A program made the position numbers and the translations under genes. From positions 1 through 21,708 of the forward strand of contig JBIOTN010000222.1 in the NCBI GenBank assembly GCA_044866005.1: a stretch of DNA of 21,708 bases, read 5' to 3'. This document shows, in pieces, positions 16,108 to 21,708 of the stretch. Source of the stretch: Candidatus Rokuibacteriota bacterium. Lineage in GTDB: Bacteria; Methylomirabilota; Methylomirabilia; Rokubacteriales; DASRDR01. A model generated the notes under the pieces. The model did not search any database. It worked only from the letters and a program-made list of their open reading frames with translations, and had not been told where the DNA came from. Numbering within the stretch: the stretch's first letter is position 1; each line of letters begins with the position of its first letter.

Positions 16108-16488
16108 CTAGCCCGGGCCCGACGGGGGGAGGTGGCGCTCGACGAGCGCGAGCAGCTCCTCGGTCCGGAACGGCTTCACGAGGTATTCGGTGGCGCCCAG
16201 CTCCTTCGCCCGCTCGATGTCCGGCTTGTACGACTTCGCCGACATGCCGATCACGACGGTGCGGGCGAGCTCGGGATCCGCCCGGATTTCCCGGAGCAGC
16301 TCGAAGCCGTGCATCCGGCCCATCATCATGTCGGAGACGATCACGGCCGGCTTGACCCGGCGCGCCAGCGCCAGCCCCTCCGTCCCGTCGTGAGCCGTGT
16401 GGACGGCGAACCCCTTCTCCTCGAAGAGGAGCCTGAGGAAGGCGACGATGGTCTCGTCGTTGTCGACGATCAGGATCGTCTTCGCCAT
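16108..16488 (-). CDS. Single-domain response regulator (receiver), 126 aa
   Basis: ATG at 16488 behind GGGGAG; 'ILIVDND', phosphoacceptor 'SDMMMG', 'GMSA', 'YLVKPF'. Confidence 0.9.
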   Translation of the reverse strand: MAKTILIVDNDETIVAFLRLLFEEKGFAVHTAHDGTEGLALARRVKPAVIVSDMMMGRMHGFELLREIRADPELARTVVIGMSAKSYKPDIERAKELGATEYLVKPFRTEELLALVERHLPPSGPG

Positions 16489-16529
16489 CGACTCCCCGCG
16501 GGGGCGGCCGCCGGCGATCGGCGCGGCCC

Positions 16530-16850
16530 TCAGCGCGGCTGCGGCTGGCGCTGCAGGTCGATGCTGCGGAGGCGCTCGAGGTCGGCCCTGAGCCGGTCCA
16601 CCTCCAGCTTCAGCCGCTCGATCTCCGTGAGGGCGCGCCGCGTGGCGCGGACCCGCTCGATGTCGCTGTCGTTGGGGTAGTTCTTCAGGAACTCGTCGTA
16701 GAGCGTGGCCGCCGCGCGGTACTGCCCCGCGGCCAGCTGCTCGTCCGCGCGCGCCAGGAGGCGTCCCGACCTGGACGACACCGACGGCCCGGCGCTCGCG
16801 CAGCCCGCGAGGATGAGCGCCACGACCCACGCTGCGGCGCGGAGGCTCAT
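16530..16850 (-). CDS. Small lipoprotein with a TPR-like helix pair and C-terminal coiled coil (QseG/YfhG-like position)
   Basis: Lipobox LAG-C; 'LLARADEQLAAGQYRAAATLYDEFLKNYP'; heptad tail 'EIERLKLEVDRLRADLERLRSIDL'. ATGA overlap with the kinase stop. Confidence 0.8.
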   Translation of the reverse strand: MSLRAAAWVVALILAGCASAGPSVSSRSGRLLARADEQLAAGQYRAAATLYDEFLKNYPNDSDIERVRATRRALTEIERLKLEVDRLRADLERLRSIDLQRQPQPR

Positions 16851-18349
16851 CGCGCCTCGGCGTCGTCCGCTCGCGGCAGGGCGACGGCCTCGCGCGGGAA
16901 GACGACGGTGAAGCGGCTTCCCTTGCCCTCTTCCGATTCGACGGTGACGCGGCCGCCGTGCGCCTCGACGAGCCCCCGGGCGATGGCCAGCCCGAGGCCC
17001 GTGCCGCCGTGCCCCGTGTGCGCCTGGCGATAGCGGTCGAAGATGTAGGGGAGCGCGTCGGCCGGGATACCGGCGCCGGTGTCCTCCACCCGGAGCTCGA
17101 GCGCCCCGCCGGCCTCCGCGAGCCGCACGGTCACCGAGCCGCCGGCCGGCGTGAAGCGGATCCCGTTGGCGACCAGGTTCACCACCACCTGGACCAGCCG
17201 GTCCTCGTCGCCGAGCATCTCGAAGGGCCCCGGCCCGTGCTCGGTCATCAGGCCGACCCCCCGCTCCTCGGCCTGGATCCGCAGCTCCTTCACGGCCCGC
17301 AGGACGACGCGCTCGAGGTCTACCGGCCGGCGGTCGATCGGGAGGAGGCCGGCGGTCAGGCGGGAGAGGTCGAGCACCTGGTTCACCAGCCCGAGCAGCC
17401 GCTCGGCGCTGCGATGGATGATCGCGACGAGCTTCTCCTGCTTCGGCGTGAGCGGCCCGGCGCCACCCGCTTCGAGGAGCCGGGCCGCTTCGCGCGCCGA
17501 GGTCAGCGGCGATCGCAGCTCGTGGGACATCGTGGCGTAGAACTGCTCCTTGAGGGCGTCGAGCTCGCGGAGCCGCGCGGCCATGCTGTTGAAGGACCGG
17601 GCCAGGATCCCGATCTCGTCGGCCGTCTCGACCGGGACCGGCTGGAACGAGCCTTCGGCGAGTAAGGCGGTCGCCGCGGCGAGCCGGCGCAGAGAGCGCG
17701 TCATGCGCCAGGCGATCGCCGCCGTGCCGGCCAGCGCGGCGGCGATGGCGGTGACGAGCGCGACGACGACCGCGGTCCAGGTCCGCGCCTTGAGCCGCCC
17801 GACCTCGGTCTGGACTTCCCCGAGCGCGGTCACGGCCTGGACCTGGCTCTCGCTGAGCGCCGCCTTGGTGAGGACCAGGAGGCCGTCGAGGGCCCCCACG
17901 ACCCGATCGAGCGCGGGCTGGGCCTGGACCTCCAGCATCCGCGCGGCGCCGCCTCCGTCGCCGCGCGCGCGGAGGTCGCGTCCCCGCACCACCGCGGCCC
18001 GATACTCCGCGTACGCGCGGACGGCCCGCTCCAGCCGCTCGCGCTCCGCGTCGGTGCCGAGCAGCTCGTTCAGCTGGCGGAGGCCGTTCTGGATCTTGAC
18101 CGCCTCCTGGGTCGGGACGGTCTCGTATTCCCGGTCGCCGAAGACGAGGTAGCGCATCTCGAACTTGTGGGCCTGCTCGACCCGTTCCCGGAGAAACGCC
18201 TCGAGCCGGAGCGAGTCCACGGCGCGGACCGTGATCCGGCGGTCCGCGCTGATGAGCTGGGCGACCTCGCCGAGGGTCCAGACGGCGACCCCGACCAGGA
18301 CCACGATCACGAGCGAGTAGGCGAGGAAGATTTTCAGCGCGAGTCGCAT
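16847..18349 (-). CDS. Membrane sensor histidine kinase (2 TM, helical periplasmic domain, HAMP, HisKA, HATPase), 500 aa
   Basis: Start placed at MRLALKIF (18349). H-box 'SHELRSPLT', N-box 'QVVVNLVANGIRF', G1 'EDTGAGI', G2 'GTGLGLAI', HAMP 'DEIGILARSFNSMA'. Confidence 0.93.
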   Translation of the reverse strand: MRLALKIFLAYSLVIVVLVGVAVWTLGEVAQLISADRRITVRAVDSLRLEAFLRERVEQAHKFEMRYLVFGDREYETVPTQEAVKIQNGLRQLNELLGTDAERERLERAVRAYAEYRAAVVRGRDLRARGDGGGAARMLEVQAQPALDRVVGALDGLLVLTKAALSESQVQAVTALGEVQTEVGRLKARTWTAVVVALVTAIAAALAGTAAIAWRMTRSLRRLAAATALLAEGSFQPVPVETADEIGILARSFNSMAARLRELDALKEQFYATMSHELRSPLTSAREAARLLEAGGAGPLTPKQEKLVAIIHRSAERLLGLVNQVLDLSRLTAGLLPIDRRPVDLERVVLRAVKELRIQAEERGVGLMTEHGPGPFEMLGDEDRLVQVVVNLVANGIRFTPAGGSVTVRLAEAGGALELRVEDTGAGIPADALPYIFDRYRQAHTGHGGTGLGLAIARGLVEAHGGRVTVESEEGKGSRFTVVFPREAVALPRADDAEAR

Positions 18350-18730
18350 GGCCGCTTCCCGCAGACGAGACGGCGCTCGAGGCGGTCGGGTGCCCTCCTC
18401 CCTTTCGGAGTGTCGTCCAATGCTACTACCGGCCCGGGGGCCTTTGCCTAGCTTTGCGTGCCGGGCGCGCTCGATTCGTCGACCGCGGGAAAACCCCGGA
18501 TTGGCCGTGGGTTCCGACGGCCCGGGGGAGGCTCGGCGGGGCGGGCTGCCGGCCGGGCGCGCCTCACCGGCGCTGCGCCGGCCCCCCGGGGCCCCGCGCG
18601 CCGGGCGGCGCGATCGCCGTCTCGGATCGCCGCGCTCGACGGGACGCCATCGGGGGCGTGCCGAGCGAGCGCTCCCCGCGGGCGCCCCAGGCGCGGGGGC
18701 GCGGAACGCGTCCCACACGAGCACACGCGC

Positions 18731-18759
18731 TTGACGCTCCCGACGGGGCAAGCTAGGCT
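18731..18759 (+). promoter_or_regulatory. sigma70 promoter for the VOC gene
   Basis: TTGACG (18731-18736), 17-nt spacer, TAGGCT (18754-18759). Confidence 0.65.
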
Positions 18760-18828
18760 CGTGGCGTCGCCGGACCGCTTGGCCGCTGCGCGCCTGCGTC
18801 GAACCCGTCGGAACCCGGAGAGGAGCTT

Positions 18829-19242
18829 ATGCCCTATCGGATCAACCACATCCATCTCAAGGCGCCCGACCCGCGGAAGACGGCCGAGTGGTACGTCCAG
18901 GCGTTCCGCTTCAAGATCCTGAGCGACGAGACCCGCGTCTTCGGCGACCGCTTCGTCCGCTGCCAGAGCGAGGACGGCGGGATGTTCGTCAACATCTCCG
19001 GCGCACGCACGGGCGAGCGGCTCGGCCCCGGTGATGCGAGCGCCCACCACGGGCTCGAGCACTTCGGCTTCGACTCCGACGACATCCAGGCCGACATCCG
19101 GCGGCTCGAGGAGCTCGGCGCGAAGCTCCTGGAAGGGCCGATCCCCGTCCCGAACGGCCCGCTCATCGCGTTCCTCCGCGCGCCCGACGACACGCGGATC
19201 GAGCTGATCCAGCCGCGCCGGGTCTCGGGCGCGGCCTGCTAG
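18829..19242 (+). CDS. VOC/glyoxalase-family protein
   Basis: SD GAGGAG; 'INHIHL', 'LEHFGF', 'AFLRAPDDTRIELIQ'. Confidence 0.9.
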   Translation: MPYRINHIHLKAPDPRKTAEWYVQAFRFKILSDETRVFGDRFVRCQSEDGGMFVNISGARTGERLGPGDASAHHGLEHFGFDSDDIQADIRRLEELGAKLLEGPIPVPNGPLIAFLRAPDDTRIELIQPRRVSGAAC

Positions 19243-19274
19243 GCCAGGATGGGCATGAGCACGCTGGAGGGTTG

Positions 19275-19376
19275 ACGTCGATGTTCGTTACGCGGGTGCC
19301 TTCCGCGCGGCGGCTTCGCCGCCGCAACCGATCCGAGGGGGAGGCATCGGTGGGGGCCGTCGCGGCCCCCGCCGAG
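19275..19376 (-). repeat. Two-hairpin intergenic repeat, copy B
   Basis: GCGGCGGC-TTC-GCCGCCGC (19307-19325), linker AACCGATCCGAGGGGGAGGCA, and TCGGTGGGGGCCG-TCG-CGGCCCCCGCCGA (19347-19375). Confidence 0.75.
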
Positions 19377-19403
19377 GGTGTCTCCGGCGCCGCCTGCTGA
19401 GCC

Positions 19404-20480
19404 ATGGCGCCCGCGCGCACCGCCAGGGCCCACCGGGTCGCGGTCATCCCGGGCGACGGCATCGGCAAGGAGGTGGTCCCCGAGGGGATCCGCGTCCTCC
19501 AGGCCGCGGCGCGCCGCTTCGGCTTCGCCGTCGCCTGGACCGAGCTCGACTGGAGCTGCGAGCGCTACGCGAAGACGGGGCGCATGATGCCGGAGGACGG
19601 GCTGGAGCAGCTCCGCGCCTTCGAGGCGATCTTCCTGGGGGCCGTCGGGTTTCCGGGGGTGCCGGACCACGTCTCGCTCTGGGGGCTGCTCATCCCCATC
19701 CGGCGCACGTTCCGGCAGTACGTGAACCTCCGTCCCGTGCGACTCCTCACGGGCGTGCGCTCGCCGCTCGCCGGCCGGGGGCCGGACGACATCGACATGG
19801 TCATCGTGCGGGAGAACAACGAGGGCGAGTACTCCGAGATCGGCGGGCGGCTCTACCGCGGCACGGAGGAGGAGCTGGCGATCCAGCAGTCGATCTTCAC
19901 GCGCCGGGGCGTGGACCGGATCATCCGCTACGCGTTCGAGCTCGCCCAGACCCGTCCGGCGCGGCACGTGACGTCCGCGACCAAGTCGAACGGCATCATC
20001 CACAGCATGCCGTACTGGGACGAGCGCTTCGCCGCGATCGCCCGCGAGTACCCGTCCGTGCGTACGGACCAGTACCACATCGACATCCTGGCCGCGCACT
20101 TCGTCCAGCACCCGGACTGGTTCGACGTCGTCGTGGCATCGAACCTCTTCGGGGACATCCTCTCGGATCTCGGACCCGCGATCGCGGGCTCGATCGGCCT
20201 CGCCCCGGGCGGCAACATCGACCCGACGAAGGCGCACCCGTCGATGTTCGAGCCGGTTCACGGCTCCGCCCCCGACATCGCGGGCCGGGGGGTCGCGAAC
20301 CCCATCGGACAGATCTGGACGGGCGCGATGATGCTCGAGCACCTCGGCCACGCGGACGCGGCGCGGGCCGTGGTGGCGGCGATCGAGCACGTCGTGGCGG
20401 AGGGAAAGGTCGTGACGCGGGACCTCGGCGGCAAGGCCTCGACCGCCGAGGTGGGGCGCGCGATCGCCGAGTTGATCTAG
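19404..20480 (+). CDS. ttuC: Tartrate dehydrogenase/decarboxylase (D-malate dehydrogenase-like)
   Basis: 'VIPGDGIGKEV', 'VPDHVSLWGLLIPIRR', 'RENNEGEYS', 'SATKSNGI..SMPYWD', 'ASNLFGDILSD', 'FEPVHGSAPDIAG'. These match the TDH subfamily rather than LeuB. Confidence 0.9.
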   Translation: MAPARTARAHRVAVIPGDGIGKEVVPEGIRVLQAAARRFGFAVAWTELDWSCERYAKTGRMMPEDGLEQLRAFEAIFLGAVGFPGVPDHVSLWGLLIPIRRTFRQYVNLRPVRLLTGVRSPLAGRGPDDIDMVIVRENNEGEYSEIGGRLYRGTEEELAIQQSIFTRRGVDRIIRYAFELAQTRPARHVTSATKSNGIIHSMPYWDERFAAIAREYPSVRTDQYHIDILAAHFVQHPDWFDVVVASNLFGDILSDLGPAIAGSIGLAPGGNIDPTKAHPSMFEPVHGSAPDIAGRGVANPIGQIWTGAMMLEHLGHADAARAVVAAIEHVVAEGKVVTRDLGGKASTAEVGRAIAELI

Positions 20481-20501
20481 CGCTCTTCGACCCCGGCGCC
20501 C

Positions 20502-21656
20502 GTGGACTTCGAGCTGAGCGAGCAGCAGCAGATCTTCCGGAAGACCCTCCGGGACTTCGTCCGCACGCGGATCGCCCCCGTGGCGCGGGAGTGGGAGCAG
20601 TCCGGCCGCGACCCGACCGAGATCGTCGAGGGGATGAAGGCGCTCGGGCTCTTCGGCCTGACGGTGCCCGACGCCTACGGCGGGCTGGCCGCCGATCTGG
20701 TCTCCTACGCGATCGCGTTCGAGGAGATCGCGCGGGGGTGGATGGGCATCGCCGGCATCCTGGGGAGCCACTCGCTGACGTGCTGGATGCTGGCCCGCTA
20801 CGGAACGGAGGCGCAGAAGCGGCGCTGGCTCCCCGACCTCGCGACCGGCCGGCGGCGGACGGGAATCGCGCTGACCGAGCCGGGCGCGGGCAGCGACCTC
20901 CAGGGCATCACCACGCGCGCCGTGCGGGAGGGGGACGTCTACGTCCTCACCGGGACCAAGACGTGGATCACCAACGCGCGCCACGCCGATCCCCTGCCGG
21001 TCCTCTGCGTCACCGACGGCGCGGCGGCGCCCCGGTACCGTGGCATGAGCGTTCTCATGGTCGAGGCCGGGACGCCCGGGTTCACGGTGGGCCGGGACCT
21101 CGGAAAGCTCGGCTACAAGGGCACCGAGTCGTGCGAGGTGCGCTTCGAGGAGGCCCGCGTCCCGGCGGCCAATCTCCTGGGTGGCAGCGAGGGGCAGGGC
21201 TTCAAGCAGGTCGTCTCGGCGCTCGAGATCGGCCGTCTCAACATCGCCGGCCGCAGCATCGGCATCGCCCAGGCGGCCTTCGACGCCGCGCTCCGATACT
21301 CCCGGGAGCGTCGTGCCTTCGGGCAACCCATCGGGGACTTCCAGGCCGTCCAGCTCAGGCTCGCCGACATGGCCACGCAGATCCAGGCCGGGCGCGTCCT
21401 CACCTGGTGGGCCGCCGCGCGCAAGGACCGGGGCGAACGGGCCGACACCGAGACGGCGATGGCCAAGCTCTTCGCCTCCGAGGCCGCGCTGCGGGCCGCC
21501 CTCGACTCCATGCGGATCCACGGGGGCTACGGGTACTCGACCGAGTTCGAGGTCGAGCGCCTCTACCGGGACGCGCCCCTGATGGCGATCGGCGAGGGCA
21601 CCAACGACATCATGCGGGTCCTGATCGCCCGCGCTCTCGCCCGCGAGGTCGGCTAG
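20502..21656 (+). CDS. Acyl-CoA dehydrogenase
   Basis: 'ALTEPGAGSD', 'GTKTWITN', 'FGQPIGDFQAVQ', 'IHGGYGY', 'YRDA...IGEGTNDI'. Confidence 0.95.
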   Translation: MDFELSEQQQIFRKTLRDFVRTRIAPVAREWEQSGRDPTEIVEGMKALGLFGLTVPDAYGGLAADLVSYAIAFEEIARGWMGIAGILGSHSLTCWMLARYGTEAQKRRWLPDLATGRRRTGIALTEPGAGSDLQGITTRAVREGDVYVLTGTKTWITNARHADPLPVLCVTDGAAAPRYRGMSVLMVEAGTPGFTVGRDLGKLGYKGTESCEVRFEEARVPAANLLGGSEGQGFKQVVSALEIGRLNIAGRSIGIAQAAFDAALRYSRERRAFGQPIGDFQAVQLRLADMATQIQAGRVLTWWAAARKDRGERADTETAMAKLFASEAALRAALDSMRIHGGYGYSTEFEVERLYRDAPLMAIGEGTNDIMRVLIARALAREVG

Positions 21657-21660
21657 TTTT

Positions 21661-21708
21661 CTCGGGGGGTCTCGGAAGACCCCCCGATGCCCCCCCTCGT
21701 TGCGCCGG
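21661..21708 (+). repeat. Two-hairpin intergenic repeat, copy C (opposite orientation, cut by window end)
   Basis: TCGGGGGG-TCTCGGAAGA-CCCCCCGA hairpin, then TGCCCCCC..TCGTTGCGCCGG. The reverse complement shares CGCAAC and GAGGGG..GCATCGG with copy B. Confidence 0.65.

Noticed and set aside
16108..16110. Pyrrolysine recoding of the in-frame TAG
   Set aside because: No pyl genes or tRNA-Pyl are in the window, and the ATG directly after it allows simple reinitiation.
18425..18515. c-di-GMP-I riboswitch (minus strand contains CACGCAAAGCTAGG)
   Set aside because: No GGCAAA...GAAA-tetraloop stem upstream and no matching downstream stem; only a short motif coincidence.
19404..20480. leuB assignment
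   Set aside because: Motifs (PDHVSLWGLL, ATKSNG, SMPYWD) are those of tartrate dehydrogenase.

Overview
Very GC-rich bacterial window (roughly 70-75% GC by eye). Gene content and intergenic G/C-run hairpin repeats are reminiscent of Candidatus Rokubacteria/Methylomirabilota, which is an inference only. Recognisable genes in order: 3' part of an XdhC/CoxI-YHS protein, a small lower-GC lipoprotein, a GH15 glycoside hydrolase, a secreted CRTAC1/ASPIC-UnbV FG-GAP protein, leuC-leuD, a divergent pair of low-complexity envelope proteins (Gly/Ser-rich + TPR; membrane-anchored Pro/Ala-rich), miaB, an amidase, an SDR, a minus-strand signalling operon (HAMP histidine kinase, lipoprotein, stand-alone receiver, MBL-fold hydrolase), a VOC protein, tartrate dehydrogenase and an acyl-CoA dehydrogenase. 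No rRNA, tRNA, CRISPR array, transposase or integrase was seen. Best leads: (1) a 1.1-kb integrase-less islet bounded by a diverged 78-bp duplication of the xdhC-YHS 3' end; (2) back-to-back sigma54-type promoters driving the two low-complexity envelope genes; (3) receiver and MBL genes joined in frame by TAG|ATG inside a GlrK/QseG-like operon; (4) a family of ~100-bp two-hairpin intergenic repeats.
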